A stretch of 32,000 bases of DNA, taken from assembly GCF_025273655.1 (NCBI RefSeq), contig NZ_CP045921.1, positions 270,001 to 302,000 of the forward strand, written 5' to 3'. A program made the translations under genes and the position numbers. Positions 8,001 to 15,565 of this stretch are shown one piece after another. The DNA comes from Candidatus Saccharimonadota bacterium. GTDB taxonomy: Bacteria; Patescibacteriota; Saccharimonadia; Saccharimonadales; Saccharimonadaceae. Under the pieces are notes generated by a model. The model was given only the letters and a program-made list of their open reading frames with translations, ran no database searches and was not told where the DNA came from. Each line of letters starts with the position of its first letter. Within the stretch, counting starts at the first letter, position 1.

Positions 8001-8597
8001 ATGGGCGTATCTCTCGAAGATGTAAAGAAACTCAAAGAAATCACTGGCCTTGGTCTTGGCGATGCCAAAAAGGCACTTGTCGAAGCTGATGGTGATTTTG
8101 ACAAAGCGCTCGAAGCGCTACGCAAAAAAGGTCTGACCAAGGCTGAGAAAAAAGGTGACCGTGAGACCCGCGAAGGTATAATCGATAGCTATGTGCACAG
8201 CGATCGTATCGGCGTGGTCGTAGAAGTGAACTGCGAAACTGATTTTGTGGCGCGTCTGCCCGAATTCCGTGAATTTGCCCACCAGATGGCAATGCAGGTT
8301 GCGGCTATGGCACCAGTCTATCCGACCATGGAAGATGTACCGAGTGATATCTACGAAGCTAAGAAAGCTGAATTACTCGCAAGCGATGACCTGGCCAAAA
8401 AACCAGAAGAAATCCGTGAGAAAATCGTAGAAGGTCAACTAAGTAAATACTTCGCAGACCAAGTGCTTACCGAGCAAGTCTTCATCCTCGACGACAGCAT
8501 AACTGTGGGCGAGCGTATTAAGCAGCAGGTGGCAAAAAACGGCGAAAACATTCGTGTGAGCCAGTTCCGACGTATCGAACTGGGCGTGACTGAATAA
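8001..8597 (+). CDS. tsf: Elongation factor Ts (short ~200-aa form)
   Basis: It has the N-terminal UBA-like segment VKKLKEITGLGLGDAKKALVEADGDFDKALEALRKKG and VNCETDFVAR. A GAGGAG SD is present. It starts 3 nt after rpsB. Confidence 0.95.
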   Translation: MGVSLEDVKKLKEITGLGLGDAKKALVEADGDFDKALEALRKKGLTKAEKKGDRETREGIIDSYVHSDRIGVVVEVNCETDFVARLPEFREFAHQMAMQVAAMAPVYPTMEDVPSDIYEAKKAELLASDDLAKKPEEIREKIVEGQLSKYFADQVLTEQVFILDDSITVGERIKQQVAKNGENIRVSQFRRIELGVTE

Positions 8598-8617
8598 GCC
8601 ACTGTCGTTTATTGGAC

Positions 8618-8650
8618 TACACACCCCGCCAGTCGGGGTGTGTAGTTTTA
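8618..8650 (+). terminator. Rho-independent terminator of rpsB-tsf
   Basis: A perfect 12-bp stem pairs CTACACACCCCG (8618-8629) with CGGGGTGTGTAG (8635-8646). The loop is 5 nt and is followed by TTTT. There is no U-tract in the opposite orientation. Confidence 0.8.
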
Positions 8651-8655
8651 TGGCG

Positions 8656-9144
8656 TTATAGTGTCGGGAGTCTGTAGTTGTGTCCCAGGTCGGGCAGTAG
8701 GCCACCTGATTTAGCAAGATCGATATAACTAAAGTAACTATCGAGTGCTCTGACATCTGCTTCGGTAAAGTGCGTGCCTGTCTGTGGTTGTTCTGCATCG
8801 TCAAAAGATGCAACAGTCAGTGCGGCTCGCTTCGGTCTGCTTGTGGCGCTGTCCGCAGAGCAATACTCTACATCTAGTAGTATGTCGCCTCGTAGAGTTT
8901 TATGAAAATGCGTTTCCCAGGGGGCGTCTCGAATCAGATCAGGAAATGCATCGGCCACACGCTCCCAGGTACGGAGTGGGTGTAGAGCGCTGTCTAGGCG
9001 CTGTCGGGCCTCTCTCAAGAAGGCTTGCTGGTCTTTAACGTCGATGTAGAAGTTTCCGAACTCTTGCTCGAAAAGATTCAGTAGCTCGCTATCATGCGGA
9101 TCTTCGGGCTGGGGCGAACTCTCATGGGAAATTGACATATTCAT
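8656..9144 (-). CDS. Hypothetical acidic protein (orphan) on the opposite strand between tsf and frr
   Basis: A 162-aa ORF with no signal peptide, TM segment or recognisable motif. The start could be ATG 9144 or ATG 9138, and no clear SD is present. It is supported only by ORF length and its position between a terminator and a divergent promoter region. Confidence 0.55.
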   Translation of the reverse strand: MNMSISHESSPQPEDPHDSELLNLFEQEFGNFYIDVKDQQAFLREARQRLDSALHPLRTWERVADAFPDLIRDAPWETHFHKTLRGDILLDVEYCSADSATSRPKRAALTVASFDDAEQPQTGTHFTEADVRALDSYFSYIDLAKSGGLLPDLGHNYRLPTL

Positions 9145-9226
9145 ATGAAAACATATTTTTTGTATAAAAGCAACGATACCTTTTGTGCTGTACTTGCGGG
9201 CGAGAGTAGTTGAAGCTAGTGAATTT

Positions 9227-9235
9227 TGTTATACT
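9227..9235 (+). promoter_or_regulatory. Extended -10 box TGTTATACT(AAAA) for frr-uppS-rseP
   Basis: TTTTGTTATACTAAAAA is followed by a ~20-nt leader carrying GAGGAG before the ATG at 9262. Confidence 0.5.
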
Positions 9236-9261
9236 AAAAAGAGCTAAAGAAAGAGGAGTGA

Positions 9262-9816
9262 ATGTTCGATACAACCCCGTATGAACTGAAGATGAATGGT
9301 GCGTTGGAGCACTTCGAGGAAGAATTGAAGAAAGTGCGCACTGGTCGTGCTCATCCAAGTATGCTTGATAGCGTGTTAGTAGAAGCCTATGGCACACGTA
9401 TCCCGCTCAATCAAGCGGCAAATGTGACAGCCCCTGAACCGCAGCAGTTGCTAGTGACGCCGTTTGATCCTGGCAATATCACTGCTATCACCACTGCGAT
9501 TCGTGACGACCAGAGTCTTGGCTTCAACCCGAGTGATGATGGTCGCGTCGTGCGTGTGCCGGTACCCGCACTAACTGAAGAGCGCCGCAAAGCGCTGGTC
9601 AAGCAAACGAGCGAAAAGGTAGAAGACGCTCGTATCGCGCTCCGCAATATTCGTCAGGATGCGCTCAAAGACGCTAAAGCGAAGAAGCAAGCTAAAGAAC
9701 TCTCTGAAGATGACGAAAAGCGTGTAGCGCAGGAAATTGATAAGCTGATGGCAGATACCCAGGTAAAGCTCGATGAGCTATTCAAGGCCAAAGAGAAGGA
9801 TATTCTAACGATTTGA
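9262..9816 (+). CDS. frr: Ribosome recycling factor
   Basis: 184 aa. The typical RRF N-terminus (LEHFEEELKKVRTGRAHPSMLD) and C-terminal coiled region are present. Confidence 0.95.
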   Translation: MFDTTPYELKMNGALEHFEEELKKVRTGRAHPSMLDSVLVEAYGTRIPLNQAANVTAPEPQQLLVTPFDPGNITAITTAIRDDQSLGFNPSDDGRVVRVPVPALTEERRKALVKQTSEKVEDARIALRNIRQDALKDAKAKKQAKELSEDDEKRVAQEIDKLMADTQVKLDELFKAKEKDILTI

Positions 9817-10517
9817 TCGACGAACATGAGCCAAAAGACATTCCGCAGCACATCGGCTATATCGTTGACGGTAACCGTCGCTGGGCCAAAAAGCACGGAT
9901 TACCTACCTACGAAGGCCACTTGGCTGGGTATAATGCGATTCAAGATGTGGCTAAGGCGACATTTGATGCAGGTGTGCCATATATGTCGGCTTATATCTT
10001 CAGTACCGAGAACTGGAAGCGGAGCGAAGAGGAAGTGGGCAAACTGATGGGTTTGGTCCTCAAAATGTTTACTGCCGATCTCCATATTTTTGTTGACAAT
10101 AACATCCGTGTAAAGGTACTCGGTTCGCGCGAGGGTGTTGACGAGCAGATTCTGCGCGAAATTGATCACGCAGAAGAGGTGACGCAAGATAATACTGCCG
10201 GCACGCTTGGTTTGTGTTTCAACTACGGTGGACAGTTGGAGATAGCAGACGCGGTGCGGGCAGCAGCCACGGCTGGTGAGGATATGTCTTCTATCACCCC
10301 TAGTACGCTTGAGCACTATTTGTATGCACCCGATATGCCGCCGGTGGATGTGATTGTGCGGAGTGGTGGTGACCAGCGTATTAGTAACTTTATGTTGTGG
10401 CGTGCAGCCTACAGTGAGCTGGTGTTTCTCGACAACGCCTGGCCAGACATGACAAAAGAAGACGTAAGCAGTATCATAGACACATACAGCAAACGAAGTA
10501 GAAGGTTCGGAAAATAA
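9813..10517 (+). CDS. uppS: Undecaprenyl (isoprenyl) diphosphate synthase, TTG start overlapping the frr stop
   Basis: It contains HIGYIVDGNRRWAKKHGL and RSGGDQRISNFMLWRAAYSEL, the cis-prenyltransferase motifs. TTG at 9813 is the only canonical start upstream of the DGNRRW motif in this frame. It overlaps the frr TGA within TTGA. Confidence 0.9.
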   Translation: MIDEHEPKDIPQHIGYIVDGNRRWAKKHGLPTYEGHLAGYNAIQDVAKATFDAGVPYMSAYIFSTENWKRSEEEVGKLMGLVLKMFTADLHIFVDNNIRVKVLGSREGVDEQILREIDHAEEVTQDNTAGTLGLCFNYGGQLEIADAVRAAATAGEDMSSITPSTLEHYLYAPDMPPVDVIVRSGGDQRISNFMLWRAAYSELVFLDNAWPDMTKEDVSSIIDTYSKRSRRFGK

Positions 10518-11690
10518 ATGGGATTACTGTTTGGGATTATATTGGGATTGTTCATCCTGGTCTTGCTCGTCGTAGTACATGAGATCGGACACGGTATCGT
10601 GGCGCGTCGCAATAGTGTGGTGGTAGAAGAGTTTGGTGTGGGATTTCCGCCACTCGCATGGGGTAAAAAAGTTGCTAAAAGTTTTCTCGGCAAGAACGTT
10701 CTCTATAGTGTCAACTGGCTACCGCTCGGAGGTTTCGTCCGACTCAAAGGCGAGTACGACAGCGCAACCGTAAAAGGTGGCTATGGTGCAGCAAGTTACT
10801 GGGTAAAGACGAAGGTACTCTTTGCAGGAGTAGTAATGAACTGGCTGGTGGCAATTGTGCTCTTCACGATTTTGGCACTCACAGGCATGCCAAAGATCAT
10901 CGAAAATCAGTTCACCGTGCCAGCCGATACCCGCATTACTCAGCAGGGTTCGGCAGACGTTACAGTGTCGCAGGTAGTAGATGGTTCGCCGGCAGCACAG
11001 GCTGGTATCAAGAATGGTGATGTAATCACCGCTGTAGCTGGTACTGATGTCACTAGTGCAGCTCAATTCGTGAGCCTCACCAAAGAATATAAGGGCCAAA
11101 ATGTGACAATTGCGTACACTCGAGGTGATCAAGCGAAGCAAGTAGCCGTACAGCTACGAGACGGTGGCTCTGGCGGCTATCTGGGTGTCGGTGCTAGCGG
11201 AGGCGCGCAGGAGGTGGTGCATGCGACGTGGTCGGCTCCAATCGTAGGTGTCGGTACAACTGTACAGCTGACATGGGTGACGCTACAGGGACTTGGTGGT
11301 ATGGTGGCGAATCTTGTGACAGGACTTGTAGATCAGCTGAGTGTCAACGAGCAGACACGCCAGCAAGGCAGTGAATCGCTCGCAACCGTAAGTAATAGCG
11401 TCGCGGGTCCAGTCGGTATCCTAGGTGTCATCTTCCCCGAGGCGGGACGTGCTGGACTCACGACAGTCATCTTCCTGACGGCAATCATTTCCCTGAGCCT
11501 TGCAGTCATGAATACACTGCCCATTCCGGCACTTGACGGTGGTCGCTGGACGGTTATGACGATCTACAAACTGCGCGGCAAGGTGCTCACAAAGGAGCGA
11601 GAGGAGTCAATTCAGGGGGCGGGTATGATGGTATTGTTTGGACTTATCATCTTGATTACGATTGCAGATATCGGAAAGGTGGTGAAGTAA
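10518..11690 (+). CDS. rseP: Site-2 protease, RseP/RasP family (M50 zinc metalloprotease with PDZ domain)
   Basis: An HEIGH motif sits in the first TM helix. There is a central PDZ-like segment (GSPAAQAGIKNGDVITAVAG) and a C-terminal NTLPIPALDGG motif. Confidence 0.9.
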   Translation: MGLLFGIILGLFILVLLVVVHEIGHGIVARRNSVVVEEFGVGFPPLAWGKKVAKSFLGKNVLYSVNWLPLGGFVRLKGEYDSATVKGGYGAASYWVKTKVLFAGVVMNWLVAIVLFTILALTGMPKIIENQFTVPADTRITQQGSADVTVSQVVDGSPAAQAGIKNGDVITAVAGTDVTSAAQFVSLTKEYKGQNVTIAYTRGDQAKQVAVQLRDGGSGGYLGVGASGGAQEVVHATWSAPIVGVGTTVQLTWVTLQGLGGMVANLVTGLVDQLSVNEQTRQQGSESLATVSNSVAGPVGILGVIFPEAGRAGLTTVIFLTAIISLSLAVMNTLPIPALDGGRWTVMTIYKLRGKVLTKEREESIQGAGMMVLFGLIILITIADIGKVVK

Positions 11691-12550
11691 TGACAACCCA
11701 GTCGCATTTGAAGCCGGTGGCTCCACCTCCGCACGCGCCAAAAGCGCATAGCGCGCATCACGATCATGTGAGACAGCCGAAACTATCACTCAGGCGACGA
11801 GTATCCTATGGCTTGTTGTTTGCGGGCTGGACGGTTGTGAGTTTCGTTTTTGCGCAGCTCTTTGTGTTGGCTGTGTTGTGGGTCGGAGCAAAACTGGGGC
11901 TCACGCTTCCGTTTGTGCTGAACGAAACGGTACTGCAGACAACCGTATCCATCGTAGTATATCTCGTGACGATCGTAACCGCAGTAGGTGTGCCATGGAA
12001 GCTCCTAGGTCAGCGCCTATCGTGGGGTGATGTGGGACTTGCACAGCAGCTGCCACGATGGCGTGATATTGGTCTTGCTCCAGTGGCGTTTGTGGCGGCG
12101 TTGGTGGTGACGGGTATCGCCATGTATGTAGCAAGCTTGGTCATCCCGGGTGTTGATCTTGAGACTAAGCAACAAGTAGGCTTCGAAAATATTACCCAGC
12201 GTTATGAAATGCTGTTGGCATTCTTCACGCTAGTGGTACTGGCACCAATCTGCGAAGAATTTCTGTTTCGCGGTTACCTCTATGGACGCGTTCGCAAGTA
12301 CTATAGTGCACTGTGGGCGGTTGTACTGACGTCACTTGTGTTTGGTCTGATGCATGTCTATGCCGGTCCCGGCATGCCGCTTCAGTGGAACGTGATGATC
12401 GCCACGACAGTGCTTGCGCTGTTCATCGGTGCACTGCGCGAATACACAGGAAGTATCTGGGCGGGTATATTGGTGCATATGCTCAAAAACGGCGTCGCAT
12501 TCTTCGCCCTGTTTATCGCACCGCTTCTCGGTATCTCTCTGGTACAATAG
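11690..12550 (+). CDS. CPBP-family intramembrane glutamic endopeptidase (CAAX protease/Abi, PF02517-type)
   Basis: It contains CEEFLFRG (EExxxR), FGLMH (FxxxH) and HMLKN (HxxxN) in a polytopic membrane protein. Its start overlaps the rseP stop within TAATG. Confidence 0.8.
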   Translation: MTTQSHLKPVAPPPHAPKAHSAHHDHVRQPKLSLRRRVSYGLLFAGWTVVSFVFAQLFVLAVLWVGAKLGLTLPFVLNETVLQTTVSIVVYLVTIVTAVGVPWKLLGQRLSWGDVGLAQQLPRWRDIGLAPVAFVAALVVTGIAMYVASLVIPGVDLETKQQVGFENITQRYEMLLAFFTLVVLAPICEEFLFRGYLYGRVRKYYSALWAVVLTSLVFGLMHVYAGPGMPLQWNVMIATTVLALFIGALREYTGSIWAGILVHMLKNGVAFFALFIAPLLGISLVQ

Positions 12551-12596
12551 GATTAGATATGGCAAGTGAAACAATTCGAGTATACCCATTAGTACC

Positions 12597-12622
12597 ACCG
12601 GCGTGCCGGTAAGATTCTTTTT
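12597..12622 (+). terminator. Weak hairpin plus U-tract (candidate terminator or attenuator upstream of proS)
   Basis: ACCGG (12597-12601) pairs with CCGGT (12606-12610) around a CGTG loop. AAGA follows, then TTCTTTTT (12615-22). The stem is short and there is a 4-nt gap before the U-tract, so it is weak. Confidence 0.3.
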
Positions 12623-12661
12623 GCTACACACGAACAATTACAAGAGAAATCAAGGAGTAAT

Positions 12662-13906
12662 ATGAAAGTTTCAGAGTTGTTTACTCGCACTAGTAAGACC
12701 GCGCCCGCAGATGAGGTGGCCAAAAACGCCCAGCTGCTCATACGAGCAGGCTTCGTCTACAAGGTCATGGCAGGGGTTTACGCCTACACGCCACTCGGTC
12801 TCAAGGTCCTAGAAAACATCAAACAAATTGTGCGCGAAGAGATGAACGCTGTCCACGGTCAAGAAATCATCATGAGTAGTCTGCAGCGCAAAGAGACCTG
12901 GGAGGGCACTGGTCGTTGGGACGACGAGGTGGTTGATGTATGGTTCAAGTCAAAACTAAAAGATGATACAGAAGTAGGGTTTGGCTGGAGTCACGAAGAG
13001 GCGATTATGGAGATGATGCAGCAGTTCGTGAAAAGTTACAAAGACTTACCGACAAGTGTGTATCAGTTCCAAACTAAGCTACGCAACGAGCTGAGAGCCA
13101 AAAGCGGTATTATGCGTGGGCGCGAGTTTGTGATGAAAGATATGTATAGCCTGCATGCTACCGAGGAAGACATGGATGCGTACTACGAAGGTGTGATCAA
13201 GGCGTACAAGCGCTGTTATGAGCGTTTTGGGATCGGTGCTAGCACGTTCGTGACATTTGCGAGCGGCGGAGCATTCACCAAGTTTAGCCACGAGTTTCAG
13301 ACTATCTGCGATGCCGGCGAAGACATACTATATGTAAACGATGAGCAGACCGTGGCAGTCAACGAAGAGGTGCTCGATGATGCGGCGGCTGAGCTAGGTA
13401 TCGACAAGGCGAGCTTGCAGCCGGTGAAGAGCGCCGAAGTAGGCAATATCTTCAAATTTGGCACGAGCAAATCTGAGCAAATGGGTATTACATACATGGA
13501 CAAGGACGGCGTACAAAAACCAATTTACCTCGCGAGCTACGGCATCGGCATCACTCGAGTCATGGGTGTGATCGTGGAGAAATTTGCCGATGAGCGCGGT
13601 ATTGTGTGGCCAGAATCAATCGCTCCAGCCAAGGTATATCTGGTGTCGATTGGCGCTCAGGGTAGTGAAGTGGCCGATGCACTGTACGACGAGTTAACAA
13701 GTCGAGGTGTCGAAGTGCTCTACGATGACCGTGACGCACGCCCAGGTGAAAAATTCGCCGATGGCGAACTGATGGGCATCCCCTACACGCTCACTGTCAG
13801 CGACCGACTGGTAGAGGCGGGTAAATACGAGCTCAAAGCACGGGCGACCGGGGAGGTCAACCTGTTGACCAGAGATGAGCTGTTTGCTAGTATAAGTACA
13901 TCGTAA
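12662..13906 (+). CDS. proS: Prolyl-tRNA synthetase, bacterial-type core lacking the INS editing domain
   Basis: 414 aa. The bacterial ProRS N-terminus (SELFTRTSKTAPADEVAKNAQLLIRAGF), motif 2 (RGREFVMKDMYS) and motif 3 (SYGIGITRVMG) are present, followed by an anticodon-binding domain. Only about 46 aa lie between SHEF and EVGNIFKFG, where the INS domain is normally inserted. AAGGAG SD is present. Confidence 0.9.
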   Translation: MKVSELFTRTSKTAPADEVAKNAQLLIRAGFVYKVMAGVYAYTPLGLKVLENIKQIVREEMNAVHGQEIIMSSLQRKETWEGTGRWDDEVVDVWFKSKLKDDTEVGFGWSHEEAIMEMMQQFVKSYKDLPTSVYQFQTKLRNELRAKSGIMRGREFVMKDMYSLHATEEDMDAYYEGVIKAYKRCYERFGIGASTFVTFASGGAFTKFSHEFQTICDAGEDILYVNDEQTVAVNEEVLDDAAAELGIDKASLQPVKSAEVGNIFKFGTSKSEQMGITYMDKDGVQKPIYLASYGIGITRVMGVIVEKFADERGIVWPESIAPAKVYLVSIGAQGSEVADALYDELTSRGVEVLYDDRDARPGEKFADGELMGIPYTLTVSDRLVEAGKYELKARATGEVNLLTRDELFASISTS

Positions 13907-13950
13907 ACACGCTAGAGGTAGGGTTTACATCAGACACAAGACGCCACATG

Positions 13951-13975
13951 CACCCGCTGACCATAGAAGCGGGTG
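13951..13975 (+). terminator. Probable terminator hairpin after proS
   Basis: CACCCGC (13951-57) pairs with GCGGGTG (13969-75) around an 11-nt loop. The following T-tract (TCTTAT) is poor. Confidence 0.45.
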
Positions 13976-14006
13976 TCTTATAAGAATCAAGACAAGGAAC
14001 ATATTA

Positions 14007-14459
14007 ATGAAAAAAGCATTTCAGATCACCAACGACGGCAAGAAAGAGCTCGAGAAAGAGCTTGAGCAGCTCAAAGGTCGCCGCGGCGATATCGCTGATA
14101 AGATCGCCGAAGCGCGTGACTATGGGGACTTGAGCGAAAATGCGGAATACGATGCTGCTCGTGAGGAGCAAGGTGTGGTAGAGACGCGTATCGCCGAGAT
14201 CGAAGACATCTTGCAGAACGCCGAGATTATCTCTGGTGCAAAAAAAGGCCAAGTCGGTCTAGGTTCGACTGTCGAGCTCAAAACCGGCTCCAAGACTGTC
14301 AAATACACCGTTGTCGGCCCAGTCGAAGCGGATCCACTCGAAGGCAAGATTAGCAACGAATCACCAATTGGTGAAGCACTGATGGGTAAAAAGGTGGGTG
14401 AAACAGTTACAATCAAGACGCCAAAAGGTGAGACTGAGTACGAAGTCGTCGCGGTATAG
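14007..14459 (+). CDS. greA: Transcription elongation factor GreA
   Basis: 150 aa. The coiled-coil N-terminus contains DYGDLSENAEYDAAREEQ, followed by a C-terminal FKBP-like domain (ISNESPIGEALMGKKVGE). Confidence 0.95.
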   Translation: MKKAFQITNDGKKELEKELEQLKGRRGDIADKIAEARDYGDLSENAEYDAAREEQGVVETRIAEIEDILQNAEIISGAKKGQVGLGSTVELKTGSKTVKYTVVGPVEADPLEGKISNESPIGEALMGKKVGETVTIKTPKGETEYEVVAV

Positions 14460-14472
14460 CGTCTTGAATTAT

Positions 14473-14501
14473 AAAAAATCCCGGTGTATCCGGGATTTTT
14501 T
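14473..14501. terminator. Bidirectional rho-independent terminator between greA and the convergent orphan
   Basis: The sequence reads AAAAAATCCCGG-TGTAT-CCGGGATTTTTT. It forms a 7-bp GC-rich stem flanked by an A-tract and a T-tract. Confidence 0.85.
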
Positions 14502-14509
14502 ATTGCATA

Positions 14510-15340
14510 CTATTGGTACTGGCGAGTATCAGCGTGAGCGGTCTCGCTGAATACCACTACTGGCATCTTGCCAGCATTTGGTACAATAGGACGCTGGGTA
14601 TTGTCGTCTGCACGACTGTTTGCCCACTGGGCGTGAACAAGCTCATCGGCTGTAACTAAGCGCTCTAGATGCTCATCGTTTATGGCGAGCGTGTTGTAAT
14701 TGACAGTATTGTCGATTGCGCGTGCGGCAATATGCAAATAGACGTATGGCTCGGCAGTGCGTTTGATCTCGCTATCGATTGTACTGATGATTGCCTCTGT
14801 GATGGGCTGGTTGATTTCTTTGGCGTGTTTGATTGCACGTTTGATTTTATCGCTCATCTCTACTTCTGGAAGATAATCGATAGTAGTATAGAGCGCTGAC
14901 TCAAGCGAAGGCTCTGCGGTGATTTGGGTTGCCTTTGCGAGGATGATCACATCAATTTCTGTTGGAGTGTGGTGGCTGCTCGCATCCTCGATAACACGGG
15001 GGTCGATATTGAGTTCGCGGCATGTGTCCTGTGGCAATACTTGTACGACGAGCTCTTGTGCTGTGTCGGCCACCTCTTCGCGAAAAATATCTTTTAGGGT
15101 AGTGTCTGGTGCTGATGCAAAGTTGTGAACTGCCGAAAGAAACGCATCGTATGTATCCGCGAGCGTGGGGTCAGTCGCCAAGATGGTCTGTTCTAGGTCG
15201 GAAGCCCCTTCTGAGTTAATAGTGGCAATCGCGGTACTAGTAAACCCCTCGCCAGAGAGAGGGGTTTGAAGGTGTAGGGCAGTAGTATCGTACTTATCAA
15301 GCGTTGGTGATGTGTGATATGTGTCGTATGTGTTTTTCAT
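14510..15340 (-). CDS. Hypothetical acidic Thr/Ala/Asp/Glu-rich protein (orphan)
   Basis: A 276-aa ORF with no signal peptide, TM segment or motif I recognise. It is bounded by the bidirectional terminator on one side and a 234-bp AT-rich divergent control region on the other. Confidence 0.6.
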   Translation of the reverse strand: MKNTYDTYHTSPTLDKYDTTALHLQTPLSGEGFTSTAIATINSEGASDLEQTILATDPTLADTYDAFLSAVHNFASAPDTTLKDIFREEVADTAQELVVQVLPQDTCRELNIDPRVIEDASSHHTPTEIDVIILAKATQITAEPSLESALYTTIDYLPEVEMSDKIKRAIKHAKEINQPITEAIISTIDSEIKRTAEPYVYLHIAARAIDNTVNYNTLAINDEHLERLVTADELVHAQWANSRADDNTQRPIVPNAGKMPVVVFSETAHADTRQYQ

Positions 15341-15559
15341 TTCGATACCATCTATGCTATATTTACGATTTGTTTATGGCACAATTGTAGCGCCGGAAGC
15401 ATTTTGAGACAAGCACAATATATCACCCATGACATATTATTATACAATAACACTATATGTAGTGGTTCAAGACGGCTGACGACACTATATAATAAGAAAT
15501 TTTAATAAGTAGTTTTTACAACATATATGGGGTGGCTACCGAAGTTATGAGAAATGCGA

Positions 15560-15565
15560 TATACT
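15560..15565 (+). promoter_or_regulatory. -10 box TATACT, 9 nt upstream of the lysS ATG (leaderless-type)
   Basis: The sequence reads GATATACTTGAACGTAT-ATG with no SD. A perfect TATAAT at 15488-15493 is an alternative upstream promoter. Confidence 0.35.

Noticed and set aside
15460-15480. GTGGTTCAAGACGGC looked superficially like a tRNA T-arm
   Set aside because: The flanking bases are not complementary. No acceptor, D or anticodon arms can be drawn. No tRNA gene is present in the window.
15529-15541. GGGGTGGCTACCG upstream of lysS resembles the T-box core (GGGUGGNACCGCG)
   Set aside because: It has an extra nucleotide relative to the consensus. I cannot find Stem I elements (AG bulge, specifier loop, distal loop motifs), a terminator or a sequestrator partner. 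The available leader is too short and too AT-rich. I treat the resemblance as chance unless a covariance-model scan says otherwise.
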